NCBI GenBank assembly: GCA_002104905.1
Contig: MCFE01000087.1
Coordinates: forward strand, 62,001 to 126,000
Source: Basidiobolus meristosporus CBS 931.73
Lineage: Eukaryota > Fungi > Basidiobolomycota
Length of the DNA stretch: 64,000 nucleotides
Reading direction: 5' to 3'
Below are positions 1 to 11,198 of the stretch, in pieces. The translations under genes and the position numbers were made by a program. The first letter of the stretch is position 1, and every line of letters begins with the position of its first letter. The notes under the pieces were generated by a model that searched no databases, had not been told where the DNA came from, and saw only the letters and a list, made by a program, of their open reading frames with translations.

Positions 1-224
1 CTTCTCGAAAGTCTCGCCTTGTTCTTTTAATGCTTTGTCGTGGGCCTCCTGTGCCTCTCTGGAGTAGGTGGTTAGGGTTTTAGCGGGCCAGGTGGACAAG
101 GGCTAGTTTAGGAATGGACTGACCTGGCCATGTGTTCCAAGGGGGGTCCGAATATGTAAAGGCCTGAAAGAACACCAACACCGCCCGCCATCAATACTGC
201 ACCATACCTCCTAAGGAATTCCAT
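1..224 (-). CDS. Two-exon single-TM microprotein, PIGBOS1-like; 3' end runs off the window (exons 224-124 and 58-<1)
   Basis: ATG at 224; exon 1 MEFLRRYGAVLMAGGVGVLSGLYIFGPPLEHMA; 65-nt intron 123-59 with GTCAGT donor, CTAAC branch (75-71) and CCAG acceptor; phase-2 join gives R-EAQEAHDKALKEQGETFEK, open to the window edge. The hydrophobic GxxxG helix, YIFxP motif and charged tail match my recollection of PIGBOS1. Confidence 0.75.
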
Positions 225-643
225 TTCTTGTCGTTAAGGGAGAGGATACGTGGATTTAGTGTTCGCGAGAATGTGTCTCTTGGAAATGAAGTTTTTGGGG
301 GAGGGGAGCCTCATAATCCTTAAAAAGATTTCCACCTACTTTGCTCCGCCAGTTGACGTCACATCGCGTGGCCACCTTGGATCACCTAAACCATGCTAAC
401 ATGGACTCTGGATAATCCGCGCTAAATTGGGTTATGCTGGCTAACAGATTGATTTCAATGACTTTTACTATGGGAAAAACTCCTGTGATCCAATAGGAAT
501 CCATGAAAATACTGGATTTGATAGTGGGATTAGTCTTATTACTATGAATACGAAAGGGCACGGGATACATGAGGGAAGCAAGTTCACGGTTTACAGCTAT
601 TTTCAGGGTTTTTACAATTGGATCAATGTGATTCATGATTGGT

Positions 644-2805
644 TCACTCGACTTGATCGACGGGTTCGGTAGTAGTAGCATTGGGCTCTGCCTCGACCGG
701 TGCTGGTGCCTGTGCCTGTGCCGGTGGTGGACTTGGCTGCGAGGAAGAGGCGGATAGTTTTTGCTGCTGTTGCTGACGTAGCATGGCGGTCAAAGTTTCC
801 CGGTTTCTCTTTTCCCTCATACGCTCCAGCTCTTCAGTGCCACCGGTCTTTCGAAGTTTCTTGGAGCCTACGAAATCATTCAGTTCAGCCTCGAACTCGT
901 CCACTTTGTTTTCCAGCTCCCAGCGACGCAGTTTTTCCGACTGGGCCATCGCCCGCATACGCCGATCGGAGTTGGGATCGACGCAGGCAATCTCTTGGAA
1001 CACGTTCCCCAGGACATCATGCTTCTCTTCGATCGACGCCACATCGATGGTGATCGGCTTCACGGCGGTTTTGGCCTTCAGCTCCAATATCTTACCCAGC
1101 TGCTCCAACAAAGTCTGGGACTCCTTGTGTTCATCCTCGAGGTCGTTCAGTAGAGCCTGATGCTTCTTCAGGAACTCTTGACAGCTGATGATATGCTTGA
1201 GCTCCTCCTCGAAATTCTTCTTCCATCCAGGAGTCACCTCGTCCACGTAATTCCTTTGTCCAACCAATTCCTCCGCAATGGCTCTGGATTCCTTAAACGC
1301 GAAATCCACCTGGAACTTGCTAGGCTTACCATTCTTGATCACAAGGGCTTTCATGTCGTCGATGATGTCCTGAAGATCGTGCATCCTGTCGTACACTGAG
1401 ATGGCCTTTTGCTCGAGCTTATTGATCCCGGCGTCGATGACTGTGCGGGAGCTCTGTGGGGTTTTCTCCAACTTCTCTTTGAATATCTTGGTGCTGGTGG
1501 CCAGGTTGGTCAGCATGCTGTTGGCCTCCGTTTGGTATTCGCTGTAGAGTTGCTTGACCACGCTGAGTTCGGTTCGCAGGGAACGGATCTCATTCTGAAA
1601 TTGACGCACCTTCTCTTGCGGCAGGGTGGAGCTGTTGGAGACAATGCCGCGGCCATTCCCATTACCTACTACCAAGCGGCTATCGACTGACCCTATGGCA
1701 GCGATCGTGTTGCTTCGATGGAGGCCTCCTTCGGGAATTACCGCGGCAAGGTTTCCCGGTTTACACAGGGACTTCAGTTCCTTCAACTCGTTGGCAACCA
1801 TGGCAAATCCGTCATCCACCTGTTTCTGAAGTGAGTCGACTTTCGATTCGGAAGGGGCTGTTCAAGATAGAGTGAAGACAAGACGTTTAGCGAAGGTTGA
1901 AGAATCCCGACGGCTCCTGCGGTTTACCTGGTAGGTGGAATCTCAAGTGGGACTTGTCCATCAGATCCTGCACATCCTCAAGTTCGTACCACACACGAGC
2001 GTCCTTGTCCTCGACGTAGATGGGTGGGAGCTTGTCCTGTTCAAATGAGCACCCGAATTTCTCCACAAACAGTTGGCCCAGCTGAGAGAGGGTGGGGCTT
2101 TCTGGAAGGGTGGCCTTCTTTACCTGTTGCTCGAATTCAAGGAAGATCGTTTTCTCCTCTGCGAAGGAAATAATCGGGGTCAAGCAGGGTTAGTACTGGT
2201 TCTAAAAGCGTCGGGATGGTGGACGTCTTGGTACCTTTTTTCTGCTCGGTCTGGGGTAGAGGGGCCGAGTTGGTTTCGATAGGGGCCACTTGCTCCGGGT
2301 TGGTTTCAGGTTGGCCGGGAGCTGGGTAAGTCGGTTGCAGGCTGGGTTCAGTCTGAGGGGTTTCCATAGGAATTGGGGTGTGTGGAGGAATTAAAGATTC
2401 TGGCCGGGCTTCTCTTAGGGTGCTGACCCGTTCTGGTGGTGAGGAGCTACGGCCATAGGTATGCGAGCGATGGATGGCTGTGTATCGGTTATTGTTATGG
2501 CTTGGTAAACCAGCATCTGCGGTATCGAGGGTGGGAGGTGCCGGTGGATTCACTACAGGATAAGGTGAAGGTTCATATCCAGTAGGATAATCCGGCGTCC
2601 GAGGCATGTAATTCTGGTAAGTTTGGTTAGGGTATGGAGGCAGATGTCCTGAAGGAGGGTAATTTGGCTGAGGATAGCCTTGTTGATTCCAGGTTCCAGC
2701 ATTTTCAGCAGTGTTCGGGTGCGGATACTCCCATGTTTGAGGATGGGTAGCTGCGCGAGGAGGCGAAGTGTGCTGGGAATAATACCGTTGGTAATCGTCA
2801 GCCAT
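644..2805 (-). CDS. BUD6: Actin-interacting protein 3 / Bud6 (polarisome, formin activator), 3 exons: 2805-2235, 2158-1928, 1857-644; about 671 aa
   Basis: Exon 2 has the Aip3 core (TIFLEFEQQVKKATLP...QLFVEKF...PPIYVED...VWYELEDV). Exon 3 has the coiled-coil C-terminus (EIRSLRTELSVVKQLY, WKKNFEEELKHI, FEAELNDFVGSKKLRKTGGTEELER). Introns 2234-2159 (76 nt, CTAAC branch) and 1927-1858 (70 nt) are GT..AG, both phase 1, and join three track ORFs in frame (2016 nt). The start codon is less certain. Confidence 0.87.
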
Positions 2806-3484
2806 GTGAAGGTATGTAGACTAAAGGTGGTGCGAGAATACTTGAGTCGGATAAGAAAAGGTGATTGGGGCTTGGTCCAGATGTTCCAAGTCGGTGGACT
2901 TGTCCTTGTTGAAGTGAACTCAGTTGATTGGGGGTAAATTATCTGATAGTAAAAAGGATACTTTTGAGCCAATCATAGCTGGCTGACTCCTTTACGTTAT
3001 GGATTTTTAGGGAGCTCTGATTTTCAAAATCTAACCTGTTTACAACGGAAACCTTCAAGCTAGCCATCTGCAAACTCCACCATAGCACCACAACAGTTAT
3101 TTTGAATGGTGAGTGCATACCAGATTCACTGTATTGGAGTGGCCATATCTGTGCTTATGCATGTACCCTCGAAGCAAGCCTTATTATAAAGATGGGTTAA
3201 CGATCTCACCGAAGTGAATTGTCAGCAGATGAATTGTTGCAAAACAATGTTCAGAAATTATTACATAGAGTATAGATCTGAAGCCATCACAAGGTTTTCT
3301 AGTTGAAAACTACCAAAAACTTCGAAGCGCAGTTCAATAATTTAATTACACTAGCCTAAGGCACATCAAGGTTGCAGGATGGAAGGTTAGGGATAGGAGT
3401 AGGAAAGGAGTAAAGGAAACATGGAGGGATAAATACAGGAGAGAACTCATTAGCGACTAAAAACTATATGTACATTAACGACAA

Positions 3485-5002
3485 TCAGTGAGATATGCTG
3501 ATCTCTTTAAGGTGTGATTGCTTATCTTCGTATCCCGCCTCTAATTCTTCGCCCATAGTTATACGATCTTCCTCCGTTTCTCTGCCGAAATCGTTCTCCC
3601 ACTTGGCCAGTATCACTGTGGCGAGGCAGTTTCCCACGATGTTGATAGCGGTTCGTCCCATATCCATCAAAGCATCAATCCCCATGATCACTGCTACTGC
3701 TTCAAGAGGCAGATTATAGTTCTTGAGAGTGGCGGCTAGAATGACCAGAGACGCACGTGGTACGGCAGCCACTCCCTTGGAGGTTAACATCAACGTAAAC
3801 ATCATGGCCATTTGTTGACTCAGTGGCATGTCGATTCCGTCTGCCTGTACGGCAAAGATAGATGCTAGTGCAAGATAGAGTGTAGTGCCCGCCAAGTTGA
3901 ATGAGTAGCCAACTGGCATCACGAAAGCGGCAATACTCTTGGGAACCCCAAAGGCTTGAAGATTTTCCATGGCCATAGGGAGCACTGCCTCAGACGATGC
4001 AGTGGAAAATCCTATGAGGGTGGGGCGCCAGGTGCATCTTACAAAGCCTTTGAATGGAATACGGGTCAAGATAATGCTGGGGACCAGAACCACTAGGATG
4101 AATAGAATGAGTGAAAGGTAAAAGCATCCCAGAAGTTTCCCTAAGGTTGCTAAAATTCCAATCCCGTTCTTCCCAATGGTATAGGCAAGTGAAGCACCGA
4201 TCCCAAAGGGTGCCAAATTCATCACCATCTTGGTAACGATGAACATCAACTCAGAAAGACTCGAGAGGAAGGTGATCATAGGCTGCTTCACATGAGTCGG
4301 GGCCTTGATAATGGCGATCGAAAACACGATGGCACAGAAAACAATCTGTAGGACTTCATTTTTGCTTGCTGCCTCGAAAACACTCTTGGGGACGATGCTG
4401 TAGAGTTCGGTCTCCCAAGTCATGGTTGTCCCATTGGAGGCCTGACTCCTGTCACTTGCGCTTACACTACTCAAGCTAACCCCTTGACCAGGTTTAAGAA
4501 TGTTGCCCATTAGCATCCCAAGACCGAGCGCGAGTACGGAGAGGATTTCGAAGTAGACGATGGATTTGAGAGCCAGTCTACCAATCTTGGCAACATCATC
4601 CCCGTGACCGGAAATCCCCACCGTCAAAGTTGAGAAGATCAACGGAACTACCAGGCACTGGATCATGTACAAAAATACGTTGGAGAAGGGCTGCAGACTG
4701 ACGCCAAATCCAGGCGCTAACCATCCAATAAGTATCCCCACTAGCATGGAGATGAAGATCCAGGTTGTCAGGTTAATACGTCTTAACTGCTTCCAGCCCC
4801 AGCGAAACGGCACTAACAGTCGGTTTGATATCACACGGACACTAGCAGAGGATGTAGAATTCATTGAAGAGTACGAGGTAGTGGTGTATCCATTGTCAGC
4901 AGGATGGCCTTCCCCATTTTTATACCTCAACATGTGTACAAGCTGACGAATGGGCAAGCTAGATAAGCCGCATATTAGGTGAATTTCGGCCTTGTTGCTC
5001 AT
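3485..5002 (-). CDS. DAACS/SDF-family (GltP/DctA-like) acidic amino acid or dicarboxylate:cation symporter, 505 aa, no intron evident in the conserved body
   Basis: Multiple TM helices; HP1 FSTASSEAVLP; TM7 GYSFNLAGTTLY; HP2 TSKGVAAVPRASLV; TM8 DMGRTAINIVGN. The true start may be a later Met or an upstream exon. Confidence 0.92.
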   Translation of the reverse strand: MSNKAEIHLICGLSSLPIRQLVHMLRYKNGEGHPADNGYTTTSYSSMNSTSSASVRVISNRLLVPFRWGWKQLRRINLTTWIFISMLVGILIGWLAPGFGVSLQPFSNVFLYMIQCLVVPLIFSTLTVGISGHGDDVAKIGRLALKSIVYFEILSVLALGLGMLMGNILKPGQGVSLSSVSASDRSQASNGTTMTWETELYSIVPKSVFEAASKNEVLQIVFCAIVFSIAIIKAPTHVKQPMITFLSSLSELMFIVTKMVMNLAPFGIGASLAYTIGKNGIGILATLGKLLGCFYLSLILFILVVLVPSIILTRIPFKGFVRCTWRPTLIGFSTASSEAVLPMAMENLQAFGVPKSIAAFVMPVGYSFNLAGTTLYLALASIFAVQADGIDMPLSQQMAMMFTLMLTSKGVAAVPRASLVILAATLKNYNLPLEAVAVIMGIDALMDMGRTAINIVGNCLATVILAKWENDFGRETEEDRITMGEELEAGYEDKQSHLKEISISH

Positions 5003-5627
5003 GTTTATTTAGCTTGCCACCGCTGTGGTGAAATATATGTTCGATGGCCAATGGTCGAAGCTTTACTCCACACATACTCGAAATGCAGAGGGGCTGACTA
5101 AGAGCCCGTCATGACTAGGGCCTTGTGTAAGGATCACTCAACTGTGCCATTCTTATCATCGCCTGATGCCAGTCAAAGGAAATGCTGATTTGAAGATATC
5201 ATGGACAACGACCAATCACCTCCATCAGTGTCAAGCATGGGGATCTACACCCATTAACATCCGAGGAAATCTGCATGAACATCGAAGCAGGTGCTGAGGT
5301 TTGGATATCTTCAATGCAGAATCCGATGCATAAACACTTTGCATTTGACCATACAAAAGCTCATCCCAGAGGATTGCTGGCCTCTTACAACCATGAAACC
5401 GATTCTGTTGGAGTCATTGAGTATTGGGGTCTTTCTTACTTTGCGGTGCCCACATCATTATTAGAACTTTGGCTAATGAAATATTGCTCGGGCATACATT
5501 TCATGACTATCACTCAGCTTATCAGTCTACTAATGGAAGCCCCAGCTACTGCTATAGGTGACTTATATACACAGGCTCTGTAGAGTCTACCTTATTGGAA
5601 CTAATCACTTTTATACCGCACAAGTTA

Positions 5628-5790
5628 AATCTGTTGGAAATTTTGTAATCACATCGGAAAATTCTATCAAGTTTGTTATTCAGATTGTTTTCACCAAAAT
5701 GCCAAGTGCACATAATATGAAAATCTGATGTGTTGACCAAAAACCACCAAACCTTGCACACAAACTCTTGGGACCTTCCTATACACACTG
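5628..5790 (+). repeat. Degenerate fragment of a copia-A-type LTR
   Basis: Recognisable LTR-A blocks: ttttcaccaaaat, ttgcacac, cttgggaccttcct. Confidence 0.55.
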
Positions 5791-7864
5791 TGCATGCTTG
5801 TTTGCTGGGCATTCCAAATTATCTTCTTGATGTCTCCATCTACCTCACAAGGGATGGCTTGGCCCTCAAAATGCTGTGGTAATTGACTGGGCCAATCTGA
5901 TTCATGCACCAAGCTAAGTTGCACTACTTATTCTAGTCTTGACAAGGCATCAACAGCCAGGTTGTGTTGCTCAGGGCAGCAGACAGTCTCCAAGTCAAAT
6001 TGCTGAATGTGCTCACTCCATCTTGACATTCTCCTGGACAGTACCTTCTGAGTAAGTATGTACTTGAGTGAGGCACAGTCAGTCCTCACAGTGCACATGA
6101 CTCCTTTGATGTAGCATCTCCATGTTTTAATCAGTTTGTAATCCCAAGCATCTTCTTTCCATGTACAGGATAGCTTTGTTCAGCTGAGTTAAGTTTAATG
6201 GAATCAAGTGCAACTAGGTGTTCCTATCCCTTACAATCTTGACCAAGTACTTCACCAAGGGCATTATATGATGCATATGTGCAGAGGGTAAGCTCCTTGC
6301 TGAACTTGAGTATACTTAAGTATCTCAAAGGCAGTCTCACAGGCTATATCCCACTTAAATGCATTGTGTTACTTGGGAATATTTGTCAAAGGGCTAGAAT
6401 ACTGGCAAAGAATTTGACAAACCTCCAGCAACAAGAAACTATTCCAAGAAGTGGTCTGAGTCCAGTTAACTATGAGGCAGCTTCAAATCTGTGGTGACTT
6501 TAACCTTCTTTGTGCCTGGAGTAACACCCATATCAGCCACTATGTGCCACAGATGTCAAACATGCTCCTTATGTTGTAATTATGAAGTTGCCACCTAAAT
6601 ATTGATGCTAACTTAGTGACATAGTTCTTGCTCTGTGATTAGTATTCTGTCCAGACCAAACTTCTTGATGGGGCATACTTAAAATATTGTCACCAAATCA
6701 TCAGGTTCCCCAATTATGACCTTTCTTAAAGTTGTCCAGAAGAGCCCAGACTTTGCACAAATATTCTTGGGACCTTCCTTAACAAGCTCTACACATTTTT
6801 CTGCTTACATTATCAAAAGTATAAATACCATACTTTTCATCAATTGATCCACAAGTGAATGTAATGTAGATCCTCTAGTACTCCACATCACTTCCAATAC
6901 TCCTCAGACTATGGCAATACCTTGAAGAACCCACAATCTGATAGTTTGCCATAGTGCTTGTTCTTTTCTAGTATCTTTAAGAGTTTTGAAATGTCCTTTA
7001 ACTGATATTCATTTGACTTGCTGTATATCATTATGTCATCCAGGTAGCCCACAATAGGCCTGTCTAAATATACTCAAACAACAGTTGCATCAAGGTCACA
7101 AATGGTGCTAGGGTATCTGCAAAGCTAAGACTGATGATTAGATGTTTGGAACAAGCATATCTGGTCCTGAATGCTGTCTTGGGAATATCTTCCAGTTTTG
7201 ACCTACTTGGGTTGTATGGAGACATGAGGCCAGTCTTGCTGAGTATGATAGCACCATGAAGTTGGTCCAAATGTTCATCAATTCAAGGTATGGGATACTA
7301 ACTCCACACACTGACTTGGCTCAGGGCTTGGTAGTCAATGCACATCTTCAGTAATCTATAATTTGTCAAAGAAAAACAAAATACTTTAGTACTCCCCATG
7401 ATGAGTTGATGGGTAATATATATCTTTGTTCTAGTAGCTGGTCAATATGTCTATTAATCTCTTGTAACTTTAAAGGACTCACTCTAATGAATATCTTGCT
7501 CACTGGTAGGCTATCACCAGTGCATATGACATGATCAACATCACTGGCTGGTGATAGACTCACTAGTTCATCCAGAAGCACATCTAAGTATTTCTCAAAG
7601 TACCTGGACTTGTAGGGGAGCTGGGGTGTGGCTTTTGTATTGTAGTGCAGCCATGAGAGCTTTTACATACTTTTCAAGTGCTCAGCAGAATTGTCTCTTG
7701 GTCAGCTCACTTGTATTACACTTGCTACATGAAAGCAAGTTGCAATTCAGTCTGGTCATCTTTCAAGATATCAATAATGTGGGTTCTTCAATTTATAGTG
7801 GTAATAATATGTAAAGACCAAGGTATCTCAGATACAAGGCCAATCCTAGAGTGATCTTCATTAT
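5790..7864 (-). mobile_element. Old, heavily decayed Ty3/gypsy family-B relic (PR end, RT, RNase H); its gag zinc-knuckle remnant resumes at about 13,827-14,045
   Basis: Remnants [23 protein letters not shown] and DELVSLSP..VDHVI match the better-preserved B copies; many stops and frameshifts. Confidence 0.85.
6572..6919 (+). repeat. Old solo LTR related to copia-A, inserted in the gypsy relic
   Basis: 348 bp starting TGTTGTAA; near-TSD cctta/ccttg; host sequence (aaacatgctccttgaagaac) is continuous across it; same subfamily as 57,307-57,655. Confidence 0.75.
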
Positions 7865-8229
7865 CCCTATGTAAAATTATTGAGATGATCCCATCAAAAG
7901 GCCATCACAAAGTTAATGTCCCGTGACTGAGAGGTACTGATCTTGTCAGGACTCCATCCAGAGACCATTGAAAAATAATTGCACCCCAAATTTCACAAAA
8001 AACTTCGTCAAAATTTTTCATCACAACAATGTATAAGTGGCTTTTGATTGGTTCCCTGCCAATTTGCTCACTTTCTGATCCCAGACACTCTATTGCTTCC
8101 TATGTTTGTGTGAATTGATTGGCTGTTGCCTCTTTTTCACACTCCTTACTTCCTGACTCAGCCGTTTCTCTTACTTTTCATGCGTACAAATTGATATATT
8201 TCCGTTGAAACTTCAGTTGTACCTCAATT

Positions 8230-10978
8230 GCCAATTGTATTGACCTATACAAGTCTCTATGCCCTACACTAACATTAAGCCCAACCCCACACTCAACAAG
8301 TAACTCCATTCAAATCCACCACTCAATAAGTATTTCTGCTGTAATGCTCTGGTTCCACAACTTTGGCGGGAACCCAACAGCTTTATGCCACTGTTCATTC
8401 ACTGGTTCCCACACATCCTGGTCTTCAGCTGGCACTGCAAGGTCTAGCTCCTCATCTGCCAGTCTTTGCAATAAATCCTTGCAATATTCCAGTGTGTTTT
8501 CTTGAGCACTACTCTTGAAGAAGTGCTGCAACCTCTTGGTGTGCCAACTAATGTTCCAAAATTCCATTGAAGGCATTGTGATAATCTTTCAAGCTCTTGA
8601 CATTGTAGCCTTGTCTGTCAATGGGATCTCCACTCTGTCAACAATGGAGGTTGTGGAGGCTGTGGTAGAAAAATTGCATTTTTCAGCAAACTCATCCACC
8701 TTGCTGGGGTGTAGCTCAACAGGCTGAGCTTCCAGCTCTTGTGAAAACAGCTGTTTTCTTGTTGGTAATTCTTCTTAGCTATGATGGAATTCAGTCTACT
8801 CTGGGCTTGTGGTTTTAATTGGCAAGAACTGCAGTTTTTTGGCATGCCTCCCTGTCTCAGGCTTGGGTAGACATTTTCCCCTTTACCTTTTCTGTTATTA
8901 CTGCAAGGTCAATCACTACTACTTTGTCTGAGTGCTTCTTGATAATAACCACATTTTCTTCTGGATAAGTTCTGCTCTGATGCATCTGTTTTGGCCTGCT
9001 TGTCCCTTGCTGGCACTCTTCTGGCAACCCAATGTTTCTTTTCTGCTTGTTTTGAGCTCTCAACCATAGTTTTGATGGGCACCTGTAAAAGCTGCTGGTT
9101 TTTATCACTGCCAGGTCCTTCACTGCTACTTTGACTGGGTGCTTCGTGAGTGGTACTATGCTTTTTCCTTGATAAATGTTGTGCTTGTCCCTAACTGGCA
9201 CACTTCAGGCTACCTGACATCTCTTTGACACTTGTCTGGAGCTTTCAGCCCTGCTTGTAATGGGCTCTTGAGGAAGCCACTGGTTTTTAGCCATGGCACC
9301 CTTGTTTTTCTGCCTTTGATAGTTTCTGCTATTCTTAAGATACTTTCTTAGCATACCAATGCTGGCCCAAAATCTGTTTACCCATTTGAATCCAGGATAA
9401 TACTCATGGAACAAGTCAAGAGCATTCTGCTTGGCCTTGAGTTCCTGATGGTCCCATGGTATGCCGGCCTTAAGGTGATGGCATGCTAGACTTCTGATGG
9501 CCTCTTAAATATTAGCCCACTCTTCATTATTGCACTGAACAGCTTCACAGATCCTCAATGTCTTTTGATTTTTAGGCTTGGGTAGCAACACCACATTGTC
9601 TCCCTCCCACACTGTGATAGGTTTTTCTGTGGGCTTTATCTTTGGGCACTGTTGTTTTGCTTCAGAGACTGTACGGTGCTCCTCTGCTGTTACATTGGAA
9701 AATGACTCAATTCTTGGCTGTGACATTGAGCTACTTGAGTTCCTTCTTTGCTGCAGAGATACTGCTTTCTCGACCTGGATATTAGACTTGTTCCATTGGA
9801 TAGTGCCACATTGAGCCATGAGTGCCAAATGATGCCATAGTATGCCAGAGATGCCAAGTGAACCTATACTTGGCCACAGAGTGTGAAACATTGCTCTGCA
9901 TCTTCATGCAAAGTAGCCCCTGTGTTTCACCTATGATGCAGGAGAGAGTCCATTTTTTGATGTTTTTTTTTGGATCAATGTTGTGCAGGATGTGTAAGAG
10001 CACAAAAGAATTGAAGATATGCATCTGATACTAAATACCCATGGCGCTCTGAGTCTAGCTCCTGTGGCTTGTAACATGTCACAAAAATGCATGGCACTAT
10101 CTTGGTCCACTGGTACTATCTGGCACTATATTTAATTACTAGCCCTAAAGTAAGATTAATAGAAAGCACTAATAGTGCCAGATAGTACCAGTGGACCAAG
10201 ATAGTGCCATGCATTTTTGTGACATGCTACAAGCCACAGGAGCTAGATTCAGAGTGCCATGGGCATTGAGTACCTGATGCATGTCTACAGCTCTTCTGTG
10301 CTCTTACATATACTGCACAACATTGACCTAAAAAAAAAGATCAAAAAATGGATTTTCTCAAACACAATGGGTGAAACACAGGGGCCGCTTTGCCTGAAGA
10401 TGCAGAGCAATGTTTCACACTCTGTGGCCAAGTATAGACTCACTTGGCCTCCCTGGCACACTATGGCATAATTTGGCACTCATGGCTCAATGTGGCACTA
10501 TCCAACGCAACAAGTCTACTCATTGCTCTACACATATTATCTGCTCATCCTGTTTCTGGACTATTTTCTGATTTCTCTGGGCCATTGCATCTATCCTATC
10601 AGCCACTGCACCTAATTGCTTCATTAATGCATTGGTAGGAGCTGACAACATACTTGCTAATATGGGTGGTGTGGATGTTATGACAGCCACTTGCTGGTCT
10701 TCAACTGAGGGTACTGCATTTGCCGCATTCTCATCTGCCTGAGCATAATGGCCAGCTTGTGGCTCTGCAGAGGTTCTCAATTGCCTACATGACTGAAAGC
10801 CTGAGGAGTCTGCATTATTACCTTCAATGGGCACACTGTCCACATTGCCTTTTTTGAATGTAGCCCTGCTTGTTGCACTGAATGTCAAAGCAAGCTGTTG
10901 TCCAATTGTTCTTCTGTTACCATCAGCAGTGGGGTTTGGTTGGGAACTAGACAACTTTACTTTATTTTTTGGCAGCAT
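8230..10978 (-). pseudogene. Degenerate second gene (ORF2) of element D1, function unknown; interrupted by foldback element G1
   Basis: Consecutive minus-strand ORF pieces 10978-10520, 9782-9505, 9414-9205 and 9201-8857 (the last three in one frame), then 8576-8310. The 3' part recurs in copy D4. Confidence 0.6.
9783..10518. mobile_element. Foldback / MITE-like element G1: 345-bp inverted arms (9785-10129 and 10172-10516), 42-bp spacer, TA on both outer sides
   Basis: Arms align without gaps with about 36 mismatches in 345 bp (~90%); termini (TA)GACTTG...CAAGTC(TA); internal TGGCACTAT/ATAGTGCCA repeats; a second copy begins at 26,739 with different flanks. Confidence 0.85.
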
Positions 10979-11198
10979 ATATATGGAAGTGAGTCAACCA
11001 AAGGGGAAATAGTGTCTCATATACATGTGTATGTGGTGCCACAACTTTACCTGTAATGCTTACTATGGCAAGTCATCATTGAATCTTACATTCATGTAGG
11101 TGCAATGTCTCTTTACAAGACTATCTTAAATTCACATGGGTATTGACCAAAAAGTGATATAATAGAGTTACATTGCTGAAGGTCAAACAGTTTGCCCC

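Noticed and set aside
382-681. 99-aa minus-strand ORF
   Set aside because: It overlaps the Bud6 stop in another frame and lies in the probable 3' UTR; no recognisable motif.
2553-2972. 139-aa ORF as an alternative Bud6 start
   Set aside because: It is out of frame with the spliced Bud6 chain, and I found no convincing intron linking them.
5275-5583. 102-aa plus-strand ORF at the gene/TE border
   Set aside because: No recognisable domain or splice support; left unannotated.
10124-10177. CACTA...TAGTG 54-mer at the palindrome centre as a tiny CACTA element
   Set aside because: Those motifs are just the inner ends of the G arms (part of TGGCACTAT); no TSD and no independent copy.
9785-10516. 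Short TGGCACTAT/TGCCA repeats as a CRISPR-like array
   Set aside because: The repeats are too short and irregular, there are no unique spacers or cas genes, and the context is a eukaryotic TIR.
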